IMG/VR virus record: IMGVR_UViG_3300022701_000122
Location: 96,001 to 160,000 of that record
Length of the DNA stretch: 64,000 bases
Direction: 5' to 3' (one strand)
Source of the DNA: a virus
In this document: piece by piece, positions 20,607 to 29,696 of the stretch
Position numbering within the stretch: the first letter of the stretch is position 1
Layout of the letters: each line of letters opens with the position of its first letter
Notes under the pieces: generated by a model
Told to the model about the DNA's origin: nothing
Databases searched by the model: none
What the model saw: the letters and a program-made list of their open reading frames with translations, nothing else
Translations under genes and position numbers: made by a program

Positions 20607-21617
20607 ATGTCAATTATAAAAGACAATGATATTAAAATAGTTAATTTGATACTAACAAGAAAATGTAATCTGAGTTGTAACTATTGTAGATTATCTGGAA
20701 ATTTAAGTTATGAGAATTCACCATATCCAGATAAAGAATATTTTTATGAAAATGAATTAGATTATAATGAATGGAAAGATATTATAAGATATTTTAATAC
20801 CAGAAATGAAAATACATTTTTCATATTAGTTGGCGGTGAACCTTTATTCTATAAAAATTTATATAAAATAGTTAATTATCTTAATTATATCAATGCACCA
20901 TATACAATAATATCAAATTGTTCAGAACAAGTTATCCCATTAATAGATGATTTACTTAATAAATGTGGAAAGTTGAAAGGGTTCACTGCAAGTGTAGATC
21001 CCATAATAGATAGTTCAGATAAAAGTATTATACATAAAACAAACAATGGGTTTAAAGTATTAAAATGGTTGAAAGATAAAGATTTAGTTGATGATATTGT
21101 TGCCGAAGTTACAGTAGATAATGATAATATTAAATATCTGATAGAAACTGTTAAGATATTAGATAATAATGGTATAACTACAGATATAACAACATTAGAT
21201 ATATGCAAATCTAAAAATTATGATTTTTCAAATATACGTGATTATTCTAGAGCAGTTCAAAAATCACCAGAAACATTTGAAATATTTAAAAGTTTGATAA
21301 ATTCTAATTTTAAAATACATATGAAAGATCAATTATTGCCAGTTATATATTCCAAGTTACCATGTACCATGAGATGTAATATTAAAATAGGTAATATAAA
21401 CAATATAACAATTGATTCAGATGGTGCTGTTAGATTGTGTTATCGGATAAGGGGCGTTGATTCTGTTAAAAATAGTTATAAAGATATAATTAGAGTTAAT
21501 CTTAATGGTAGTGTTGAAGCTGGATTAATTTCTGATTATAAGAAGTTATGTAGAGGGTGTATTTGGACATGTATGATGATGTCTAATTTACCAAGTGAAA
21601 ATATAATTAATCATTAA
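20607..21617 (+). CDS. Radical SAM protein with a C-terminal SPASM/twitch-like region
   Basis: CNLSCNYC, GGEP, ITIDSDGAVRLC, CRGCIWTC. Confidence 0.92.
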   Translation: MSIIKDNDIKIVNLILTRKCNLSCNYCRLSGNLSYENSPYPDKEYFYENELDYNEWKDIIRYFNTRNENTFFILVGGEPLFYKNLYKIVNYLNYINAPYTIISNCSEQVIPLIDDLLNKCGKLKGFTASVDPIIDSSDKSIIHKTNNGFKVLKWLKDKDLVDDIVAEVTVDNDNIKYLIETVKILDNNGITTDITTLDICKSKNYDFSNIRDYSRAVQKSPETFEIFKSLINSNFKIHMKDQLLPVIYSKLPCTMRCNIKIGNINNITIDSDGAVRLCYRIRGVDSVKNSYKDIIRVNLNGSVEAGLISDYKKLCRGCIWTCMMMSNLPSENIINH

Positions 21618-21628
21618 AGGAATTTATT

Positions 21629-22813
21629 ATGACTCGTAAACCAAACTTATTTATATCGAAAAGAAATTATGATGATATTCCAAAATTGGCAAGTAAAACT
21701 CAATGGTTAGATAAAGGAGCAACCATAAAGTGTTCTAAAAAGTATCAGGGAGATATGATTAACTTTTTAGCTGGTTTTGGATTGGAAGTTAAAAGATATG
21801 ATAACGAAACCAATATTTTCGAAGTTTTAAAGAAGAATAGTGAACAACCAAGATATAAACAATATCTTAAAGATAAAAAGCAAAAAGAGCTTGATATCCA
21901 ATTTGAAAAACTTAAAAAATTTAATGTCGCAACACCAACCAGAAAATTAATTATTGGAAGAAAGTATAAATCATTATTAACCCCAAGTTTAATATATGAA
22001 GTTATTGGAGTTTCCGACGATTTTAAATTTTATCATTGTAAACTCAAAAAATCATATGGGTATCATTACTATAATAATCAAAATTATGAGAAATGGGTAA
22101 TATGGTCGTATATAAACCCAATACCTCTTGATTCAGATAATGTTTCGGAAGAAGATTCATGTAAAGTAATAACTTCTAGTTTATTTAACATGTATTCTTT
22201 TTCAAATCGATCAATTAGTGAGTTGTATAAAAGATGTATAGAACACAATATCGATTTTTCTAATGTTAATACTGATGGATTAGATAATGAATATAAATTA
22301 AATGTTATAAGATCTCTTGTATATGGATTTTCTATAGGAAGTATGGTTTTCATTAAAGAAAGATCTGGTGGTGGTGAAGTTAAAAAATATATTTGTATAT
22401 ATGGTGGAGAGAGATTGAAAACTATATTTGATTTTATAGAAGGAAGATTCAAATTATATTTTACAGGCCAACTTCCAGAAGAAGGGAAGTACATACATCA
22501 ATTAAATGATGATTTTAGAAAAAGATTCTTTGATTCAGCTTATATAAATATATGTACTATAGCATTAAACGAATATGATGGTGAACTGGAAAAACTTTTA
22601 AAGATAGTTAAGTCAGTTATCACATTCAATTATGGATTACTTGGATCGTCCAATCAAAATATTCAAAATCTGCGAACGTTTGAACTAAAATTACATGATG
22701 TTGTTAATCATGTAAGAGGAAGGTTTGATGATGTAAGAAGTCCTCTAATTAGAGAATTGGTCAGACACAGATCTTCATTTTATATAAACCAAGATGAAGA
22801 AGAAACTGCGTAA
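21629..22813 (+). CDS. Protein with a degenerate DUF262 (ParB/Srx-like, GmrSD-type) domain
   Basis: KLNVIRSLVYGFSIGSMVF...YICIYGGERLKTIFDF vs the family pattern LI.SI..G.PI..I....V.DGQQRL.TI..F. Confidence 0.55.
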   Translation: MTRKPNLFISKRNYDDIPKLASKTQWLDKGATIKCSKKYQGDMINFLAGFGLEVKRYDNETNIFEVLKKNSEQPRYKQYLKDKKQKELDIQFEKLKKFNVATPTRKLIIGRKYKSLLTPSLIYEVIGVSDDFKFYHCKLKKSYGYHYYNNQNYEKWVIWSYINPIPLDSDNVSEEDSCKVITSSLFNMYSFSNRSISELYKRCIEHNIDFSNVNTDGLDNEYKLNVIRSLVYGFSIGSMVFIKERSGGGEVKKYICIYGGERLKTIFDFIEGRFKLYFTGQLPEEGKYIHQLNDDFRKRFFDSAYINICTIALNEYDGELEKLLKIVKSVITFNYGLLGSSNQNIQNLRTFELKLHDVVNHVRGRFDDVRSPLIRELVRHRSSFYINQDEEETA

Positions 22814-22863
22814 ATGAATGGGCATGAATTCTTAAGTTAATTCATGCCCATTTATTTTTTTTT
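22812..22863 (+). terminator. Intrinsic terminator
   Basis: atgggcatgaatt / aattcatgcccat perfect stem, then a long T tract. Confidence 0.9.
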
Positions 22864-22883
22864 GAAAAATGTGTAAAAATGAA

Positions 22884-22898
22884 GGACAAACTGTAAAT
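22884..22898 (+). promoter_or_regulatory. Putative promoter motif A
   Basis: ggacaaactgtaaat after the terminator. Confidence 0.5.
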
Positions 22899-22918
22899 TT
22901 GTATATAAAGGAGAATAT

Positions 22919-23320
22919 ATGAAAGAAATAGATATATTAAAAGATATTGTGCGTAGTAAAGGAATTATTACAGAACAAGAATTTATGAGTAAGAAATCGA
23001 ATAGAGTAAGATTACATTCAACCAATCCAAAATCATTTTTAGCTGTTGGTAAAAATGGAACACCAAGATTTCCAATAGTTAATCAATATAACGCTGTATC
23101 TATGTCTACATTAAAAAGAAGTTTAGCAGCAGCAAGAAGACAGAGATCAATAGCTCAAAATAAAAGTAAGTATCAAAAAATAATTGATAAATTAAAAGTT
23201 TATATAAATAGAATTGAAAAAAGAACGAATACTTATCCAGTATCTTATAAGATAGATAATGCATTAAAAAATATATTGAATAAAGGTATGAAAAAAACAC
23301 TCATAAAAATAGGCGAATAG
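22919..23320 (+). CDS. Basic hypothetical protein
   Basis: 133-aa ORF with an aaggag RBS. Confidence 0.7.
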   Translation: MKEIDILKDIVRSKGIITEQEFMSKKSNRVRLHSTNPKSFLAVGKNGTPRFPIVNQYNAVSMSTLKRSLAAARRQRSIAQNKSKYQKIIDKLKVYINRIEKRTNTYPVSYKIDNALKNILNKGMKKTLIKIGE

Positions 23321-23330
23321 GTTAATTGAT

Positions 23331-24257
23331 ATGATAAATGTAATAAATGTAAATAAGTTTATTCGTGAAGGAAAATTGAAGGGTCCGATAACGAGTCCTC
23401 AAATATTCATGGGTAAATCTTATACACCACATCCAGAAGGGTTACATAGCGAAGAAATATTTGGATTAGACGGTTCACCGGAAAGAAGAAATTCGATGTC
23501 GTGGATTGATTTGAACTGTAATGTAATACATCCAGTATTTTATGATATTGTATCTAAACAAATAGAGAAAAAAATTGTTAAACTAATATCTAATGAAGAA
23601 ATGTTTACTATAAATGAAGAGACAGGTGAACTTGTTCAAGACGAAGAAGGGGAATTAACTGGATTTTCAAGTTTTGTTAAAAATATAGATAAAATAAAAT
23701 TTAGAAGAGCAGAAGAAGGATCAAAAGGTAATAGAAATAAGGTAGTTAGTGTTTTAGAAAAAAATATTAAGAATAATACATTTTTTATAAATAAATTGAT
23801 AGTTATTGCACCAGACTATAGACCAATATTTTATTCAGAATCGGATGATCGACCAACAATCGATGAGTTAAATGATATATATAAAAGTATTATAATATTA
23901 TCTAATCAATTAAAAAGTGTATCTGGACCATTATTTGACATACTTAGCTATAAAATGCAGATGTATATGAAAGAATTGTTTGAATGGGTTAAATCGAAAG
24001 TGAGTAAAAAACACGGTATAATAAGAAGAATGATGCTTGGTAAACGAGTAGATTTTTCTGCTCGATCTGTTATATCACCAAATCCAAATCTTAAACTTGG
24101 TGAAGTTGGAATACCACTTAATACGGCGTGTGGTTTATTTGAACCAAATTTGATATATGGTATAGTAAATTCTCCGTATTCCAAAGATATACCAGATGAA
24201 TTTCATGAAGAAGTTAAATCATTTTTGGGTAAAGAATTACTTCCTGATTTAACGTAA
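23331..24257 (+). CDS. rpoC: Phage RNA polymerase beta' subunit, N-terminal part
   Basis: EGLHSEEIFG, IDLNCNVIHP, VIAPDYRP, LNDIYKSII, KHGIIRRMMLGKRVDFSARSVISP, GIP...LFEP. Confidence 0.92.
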   Translation: MINVINVNKFIREGKLKGPITSPQIFMGKSYTPHPEGLHSEEIFGLDGSPERRNSMSWIDLNCNVIHPVFYDIVSKQIEKKIVKLISNEEMFTINEETGELVQDEEGELTGFSSFVKNIDKIKFRRAEEGSKGNRNKVVSVLEKNIKNNTFFINKLIVIAPDYRPIFYSESDDRPTIDELNDIYKSIIILSNQLKSVSGPLFDILSYKMQMYMKELFEWVKSKVSKKHGIIRRMMLGKRVDFSARSVISPNPNLKLGEVGIPLNTACGLFEPNLIYGIVNSPYSKDIPDEFHEEVKSFLGKELLPDLT

Positions 24258-24276
24258 TAATAAAGGCGATTAAAAA

Positions 24277-24957
24277 ATGTATATATCAGAACAGTATTTA
24301 AATGAATTATCTTATTTCGTAACGCCATACGTTAAAAAATTAATAAATAATATCCCAACTGTTACTAAAAAAGATTTCATTGGCAATGTTGAGCCAGGAG
24401 ATATTGTTCTTGGATTTTCGCCAAGAGAACTGAAAACGGTAAGAACATCTAAGATAATTGCATCTGTTCAACGATCACCATATACTACTTCAAAAATTGT
24501 TGCTGATAATAAGACTATTATTGGATATGGAGTTAAGGCAGTCAATACAGTTGATGAAAATTTTCTTAGAACATATCAATTAAGAAATTTATTAATTGAA
24601 CGACATGAATTATGTTTAATTAGAATAAATGATGCTACACTTACACAAAAAAGAAAAGCTATAGATTTTTGTTTAAATAGACTTGGACTTGAATATAATT
24701 CTTCTGATTTATTGAAAACTATATGGAATGTTTTTACACGAAAGAAACTATTTCCATTTTTTAGAAATGAACCATTGGAGAAAAAAGAAGTAGATAATTT
24801 ACAAAGACCACTTTTTTGTTCTTCTATTATTGCATTGGGTTATTGGTATGCCGGATATAAACATAAATTTAATGGTAAGAGTCCATACGAACTTTGGCCT
24901 ATTGATTTTTTAATTGATGATAATACAACTGGTGTTTGTAGAGTGGAGCAATTATAA
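24277..24957 (+). CDS. Permuted papain-like (YiiX/YaeF-type) protein with the MYISEQYLNE leader
   Basis: PGDIVL, G.EYN, FCSSII, PYELWP; the expected catalytic His position reads SPYTT. Confidence 0.65.
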   Translation: MYISEQYLNELSYFVTPYVKKLINNIPTVTKKDFIGNVEPGDIVLGFSPRELKTVRTSKIIASVQRSPYTTSKIVADNKTIIGYGVKAVNTVDENFLRTYQLRNLLIERHELCLIRINDATLTQKRKAIDFCLNRLGLEYNSSDLLKTIWNVFTRKKLFPFFRNEPLEKKEVDNLQRPLFCSSIIALGYWYAGYKHKFNGKSPYELWPIDFLIDDNTTGVCRVEQL

Positions 24958-24976
24958 AAAATAAAGGATAATCGTA

Positions 24977-25264
24977 ATGATGGATTTTTTTAAAGAACGT
25001 CACATTTATGATAAGTTAGTAGATGATAACGTATTAGTATGGGAAAGTCATGAAGATGATGTAGATTATTTTGTAAAATGGACGAGAGTAAGTGATAATG
25101 AACACAGAATAAGAGAACATGTGCCAGTTAATAGATGTAATACATTTGGTCAATCAAGATTAAGTTTAAATTTTTTAAAAAAAGGAAAATATCAAATAGA
25201 TATAACTGCATATAGTGAAAAAGGTCTTCAGAGTGATAAGTCATCTATTTTATTGTCAATATAA
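24977..25264 (+). CDS. Fibronectin type III-like protein
   Basis: LVWE...Y.V.W...GKYQIDITAYSEKGLQSDKS. Confidence 0.55.
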   Translation: MMDFFKERHIYDKLVDDNVLVWESHEDDVDYFVKWTRVSDNEHRIREHVPVNRCNTFGQSRLSLNFLKKGKYQIDITAYSEKGLQSDKSSILLSI

Positions 25265-25323
25265 CAAACATTTTTATTAGTTAATGTCAATAGTATAAAC
25301 ACTGGTAAGAAAGGATTAAAGAA

Positions 25324-25728
25324 ATGAAGAAATTAAATTTTACATTAATTTTATTGCCGATTATTGTTGTTTGTTTTATGGTTTCCCCATTATTTGCTGC
25401 AACTGTAACATTAACATGGAATCAACCAAATGAATCGGAAGAAAATATTACGGAATGGGAAGTGTTTTGGGGATACGAGGGTAGAGGTGGAAACGGTGAA
25501 GAGTTTGTATACCAATTTAATCCAACCACAAATTCAGAATTACTTGTGACTGAGAAAACATGCGTTATAGAAAATGTAGATAATGGAAAACAGACATTTT
25601 ATGCAGTTAGAGCCAAATCTGGAGAAGTAAGAAGTTTTTATTCAGAAGAAGTATCAACTACTATTCCATTATCAAGTCCATCTGGAATTCAGATTAATAT
25701 ATCGATAACGATTACAACAAATCCATAA
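25324..25728 (+). CDS. Secreted FN3-like protein with a signal peptide
   Basis: Hydrophobic leader ending PLFA-ATVTLTWN...TFYAVRA...SFYSEEV. Confidence 0.7.
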   Translation: MKKLNFTLILLPIIVVCFMVSPLFAATVTLTWNQPNESEENITEWEVFWGYEGRGGNGEEFVYQFNPTTNSELLVTEKTCVIENVDNGKQTFYAVRAKSGEVRSFYSEEVSTTIPLSSPSGIQINISITITTNP

Positions 25729-25769
25729 ATAATTAATAGTAATTATATAATAAATAAAATGGGTGATTT

Positions 25770-26273
25770 ATGTTTTTATCAGAAGAATGCATCAATGAAA
25801 AAATAAATTTAAGTGAAGGAAAATTTTGGGAATGGTTAAAGAAAGTATTCTATGATCATAATCCAAGACATCCACGAATGGTAGAATTAAATCAAGATTA
25901 TTATGAATATATTTGGCATTGTAAAAGAGATCATCGAGATACAACGATGAAAGCAAATATTCCAATTGGTAATGATACTGAAATAAAAATGGATTACGAT
26001 GAAGAAAATATTCAAAAGACTGCATGTGTTCTTGAAGCACGTATTGAATATTTAGAAGGAATAATAGCTGTTATAGAGGAGGAAGGTATAGAGGAAGTTT
26101 GTCAATATAATAAATATAAATCGGAATGTCACAATGTATCACGTAATCTTCTTAGAGCATCAAAAATACGATTAAAACATGATAAAAAATATCTGCAAGG
26201 AATAAAATCTGGAAGGGTAAAACCAAGACGAGATTTTAAAGCAGAATTAGATAATGCCAAATATATAATTTAA
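25770..26273 (+). CDS. Hypothetical protein with a leader (MFLSEECINE...LSE)
   Basis: Shared N-terminal leader, partly duplicated. Confidence 0.7.
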   Translation: MFLSEECINEKINLSEGKFWEWLKKVFYDHNPRHPRMVELNQDYYEYIWHCKRDHRDTTMKANIPIGNDTEIKMDYDEENIQKTACVLEARIEYLEGIIAVIEEEGIEEVCQYNKYKSECHNVSRNLLRASKIRLKHDKKYLQGIKSGRVKPRRDFKAELDNAKYII

Positions 26274-26290
26274 AATGAGAATAATAAAAA

Positions 26291-26656
26291 ATGTTTATAT
26301 CAGAACAATACTTAACTGAAATGTCTGTTACTGTAAAATATAAACGAAAATTATTTGATGCTATTGTTTGCCCAAATAGTGGCTTATATTTTTTAGCTGA
26401 TTTTAATGATTGGTCTATAGAATGGGCTGAATATGTTGCTCTTGAAGAAGATATAGATAAAATAACTGAAGATCATTGGAAAGTAATTCATTTTATTCGA
26501 AGTTATTACTCTAAATATAATAGACCACCACGTTTAAGAACAATATTTCGTAAAACTGGATTTAAGTTAATGCATATTTATGAACTATTCCCAAATGGTC
26601 CTGGTCGTGGTGCTGGACGAATGGCTGGACTCCCATATAAACAACTTCCGATATAA
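26291..26656 (+). CDS. dsrC: DsrC/TusE-like protein lacking both conserved C-terminal cysteines, with a leader
   Basis: DW..EWAEYVA.EE.I..ITEDHWKVIHFIR.YY...TGFKL..IYELFP.GPG.GA..MAGLP; the tail reads GAGRMAGLPYKQLPI instead of GACKMAGLPKPTGCV. Confidence 0.88.
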   Translation: MFISEQYLTEMSVTVKYKRKLFDAIVCPNSGLYFLADFNDWSIEWAEYVALEEDIDKITEDHWKVIHFIRSYYSKYNRPPRLRTIFRKTGFKLMHIYELFPNGPGRGAGRMAGLPYKQLPI

Positions 26657-26682
26657 TACATAAATAAAAGTTCAGATAATTT

Positions 26683-26725
26683 AATAAAGCGTATCTATTT
26701 TATAATAGATACGCTTTATTTTTTT
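26683..26725 (+). terminator. Intrinsic terminator
   Basis: aataaagcgtatctatt / aatagatacgctttatt perfect stem, then Ts. Confidence 0.9.
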
Positions 26726-26747
26726 AATAAAATTAAGGAAATATGAA

Positions 26748-26762
26748 GGACAAACTACAAAT
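26748..26762 (+). promoter_or_regulatory. Putative promoter motif A
   Basis: ggacaaactacaaat after the terminator. Confidence 0.5.
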
Positions 26763-26831
26763 GAATATATTAATATAATCTAAATAAAATAAGATAATAA
26801 TATATATAGTTACAACAACGCTATTTAAACA

Positions 26832-29615
26832 ATGAGAGGTCTAAATATGGCGGTTGAGAAAATAACAACGGAAGAAGCAAGAAACATATTGTTAATGATG
26901 AGTCAAGGGTATAAAGTTCCAAAAATTGTAAAAGATGTAATATTTAAAGTTGCTAAGACGGAGATAGAAGATAAAGGGAGAGTCGTAATTATAAAACGCG
27001 ACCCAAATGTGGGATCACGTCGTATGCAGGGTATGTATGCTAAAATAGTTGATGGTAGTACTATGGAAATACATCCTGCTATCGTCGGTGGGTTTGGCGC
27101 AGATTTTGATGGTGACACCGTTAGGTGCAGACTTCGATGCACTTGTAAATTTGAGAAAAACGAAACAGGACATACTGTGAATCACGAATGTCATATAGGA
27201 GAAATTTTATCTGTTACTAATGCATTTGAGTTTTACAGTAAAGAAGAAAAAAGAAATGGTATATTGGTATCGAAATATAAGCCTAAAAAAGGTTATACTG
27301 TAAAAATAAAAGCCATTGATATTGAAACTGGCAATGTTGAGATGAAAAATGTTTCTGAATATTCTATCCACGAATTTATAAAATTATACAAGATAGAAGA
27401 TACAAAAGATAGATTTGAAACGATTCATGCTTCTTCAGATCATTCATTAATCGTTTATGACGATAATGATAAACAGATTAAGAAAATTTCTCCTATAGAC
27501 TTGTTGGAAAATCTTAATAATAGATATTTAATCAAAGAAAATAATAATACTAAATCAAATCATTTAAATGATATATCTATACAAAAACTGCAAGAAATGG
27601 GATTAGAATTAATACCAGTTTCAGAAGTTAATATAGAGTATGATCCAGATGAAACAACTGGATATGATTTAACAGTAGATGATTTCTATACATTTGCAAC
27701 TCATGATGGTTTATTTATTCAAGATACAATGGCTGTTTATCATCCAATTTCAAATGAAGCCCAAAAAGAAGTCAAAGATAAAATGATTTCTACATATGGT
27801 ATAGAAGGATTAAATAAACCAAATTTTGAGTTATCAAAAGAAATGTTGACTGGTATTTTCACTCTTACATATGATGAGAATAAAAAATCTCAAATCAAAA
27901 CTATAAAAAAAGCAGATGAAGCGAATACGTTACCCATTGATCAACGTGTTAAATTCAATGATATAGAAACAACTGCTGGTAGAGTTGTATTTAATAGTAA
28001 TTTACCAAAATATATTCCATTTGTTAATGAACCAATTGATAAAAAGAAATTAAATGGAATACTTGCAGGTATATTAGAAAAAAGTATTCAAGACAATGCC
28101 ACTACAATTGATAAATTAATGAGAATTGGATTTTTTTATGCTACTGTATACCCAAAAACTATGTCTATCGATATGATGAAATTAAATCCAAAACTTATTA
28201 AACTTAAACAAAAATTAGCCAATGAAGAAGATATTGCCAGACAAATGGATATTCAGAATGAAATGGAATCTGAAATGTTGAAATATCTTGAAAAAAATCA
28301 TAGCGATATTTTTTATATGGTTAAAAGTGGTGGAGCTAAAGGGAGTAATCAGATACGTCAATTAATGGTTGCGAAGGGATTAACATCAGACCCAATGGGA
28401 AATGTTATACCAGCAATTTCTACCAGTATTTCTGATGGTTATTCTCCAGAAGAATATTTTAAAGTGTCTGCTGCTGGAAGGAAGGGTATAATTGATAGAG
28501 CATTAAACACCGCTAACGGTGGATATGCTTATAGAAAATTTATCTTCTTAATGGCGAATGTTGAAGCAGATATAAATATTGGTGATTGTGATACTCCAAG
28601 AACATTAGATATCAAACTAACTAATGAATTGATGAAAAGAATGCCTGGAAGATATGTATATAATAATAGTAATAAGATAATTCCCATTAATGAAAAAATG
28701 ATTGGAAATGTTATAAAATTAAGATCTCCAATATTCTGTAGATCACAAAAGATTTGTAGAATTTGTTATGGTGATTTATTGAAACAATTGAAGAGTAAAA
28801 ATGTAGGTATTCTGGCTAGTATGACCTGCACCAGCCTTTCAGAGCGCATAATGAAAGCATTTCATCTTGGTGGTGCTGTTATATTAAATAGAGTTGATAT
28901 TATAAATGAAATTATGGATAATTTAAATGATGATATGTTGCAAAAAGTTAAATCATTAGTTCATCAGAAGGAAGATGACTTATTCAATGATTCTGAATTT
29001 GCAACTATAAGAATAGATAAAAATATATATAATTCAACTATACCATCAAATAGAATAGTCGAAGAACATGGTTTTATAAAATTAGTAGTTGGTCATTTTA
29101 CATTATCTTTAGATGGGTTTGAAATAAATGTTGAAATAGAACAACCAGTTAAAATATATATTCCAGAAGAACGAGAAGATAATGATAATATAATATCTTG
29201 TATGTACGCAAAAGGAGATAAATTATTTAGAATTGAATCAATAAGAGAAGATTTTTCAAAATTGGCTCAGAATCTTGATGGGTTGGTTGCTGGAAAGTCT
29301 CCGTGGTCAAGTATTCCCGGTATATATAAGAAATTTTATAAACAGTTAAGTGTTGTTGGATCATGGGATTCAGTTCATTTAGAAACTATTATTTCAAATG
29401 TATTGAGAGCAAAGCGTAATCCACAAAAACCAGCAAGATTGGTTGAACCATTTGATCCAGATTTTTATTCAATTAAGAGATTGCCAGGAATGATGTCATG
29501 GCCCCTTGGCGTAGCCCTCGAAAATTTTTCTGTGGGGTTGCAAAGTGGGCTATGTGAGGATCGTGCTCCATCATCTCAAATTGAAAAAGTATTATTTGGA
29601 GAACCATTGTATTAA
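26832..29615 (+). CDS. rpoC: Phage RNA polymerase beta' subunit, C-terminal (catalytic) part, intein-containing
   Basis: KRDP, GADFDGD|TMAV, TTAGRV, SGGAKGS, GRKGIIDRALNTANGGYAYRK, DCDT, CRS..ICRICYG, NVGILAS, VHLE. The probable start is 26847. Confidence 0.93.
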   Translation: MRGLNMAVEKITTEEARNILLMMSQGYKVPKIVKDVIFKVAKTEIEDKGRVVIIKRDPNVGSRRMQGMYAKIVDGSTMEIHPAIVGGFGADFDGDTVRCRLRCTCKFEKNETGHTVNHECHIGEILSVTNAFEFYSKEEKRNGILVSKYKPKKGYTVKIKAIDIETGNVEMKNVSEYSIHEFIKLYKIEDTKDRFETIHASSDHSLIVYDDNDKQIKKISPIDLLENLNNRYLIKENNNTKSNHLNDISIQKLQEMGLELIPVSEVNIEYDPDETTGYDLTVDDFYTFATHDGLFIQDTMAVYHPISNEAQKEVKDKMISTYGIEGLNKPNFELSKEMLTGIFTLTYDENKKSQIKTIKKADEANTLPIDQRVKFNDIETTAGRVVFNSNLPKYIPFVNEPIDKKKLNGILAGILEKSIQDNATTIDKLMRIGFFYATVYPKTMSIDMMKLNPKLIKLKQKLANEEDIARQMDIQNEMESEMLKYLEKNHSDIFYMVKSGGAKGSNQIRQLMVAKGLTSDPMGNVIPAISTSISDGYSPEEYFKVSAAGRKGIIDRALNTANGGYAYRKFIFLMANVEADINIGDCDTPRTLDIKLTNELMKRMPGRYVYNNSNKIIPINEKMIGNVIKLRSPIFCRSQKICRICYGDLLKQLKSKNVGILASMTCTSLSERIMKAFHLGGAVILNRVDIINEIMDNLNDDMLQKVKSLVHQKEDDLFNDSEFATIRIDKNIYNSTIPSNRIVEEHGFIKLVVGHFTLSLDGFEINVEIEQPVKIYIPEEREDNDNIISCMYAKGDKLFRIESIREDFSKLAQNLDGLVAGKSPWSSIPGIYKKFYKQLSVVGSWDSVHLETIISNVLRAKRNPQKPARLVEPFDPDFYSIKRLPGMMSWPLGVALENFSVGLQSGLCEDRAPSSQIEKVLFGEPLY
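27117..27725 (+). mobile_element. Atypical mini-intein (203 aa; Thr1...Gln-Asp, Thr+1) immediately after DFDGD
   Basis: Insert TVRCR...HASSDHSL...GYDLTVDDFYTFATHDGLFIQD; removal restores ADFDGDTMAV. Confidence 0.85.
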
Positions 29616-29622
29616 AAATTAC

Positions 29623-29636
29623 CATATATATTAAAT
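29623..29636 (+). promoter_or_regulatory. Putative promoter motif B
   Basis: catatatattaaat between rpoC-C and the nuclease gene. Confidence 0.45.
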
Positions 29637-29696
29637 AATAAAGAGATGTTCTCATCATTATTTTTTCATTGTTTAATATATAAGGAGAGTTATATT

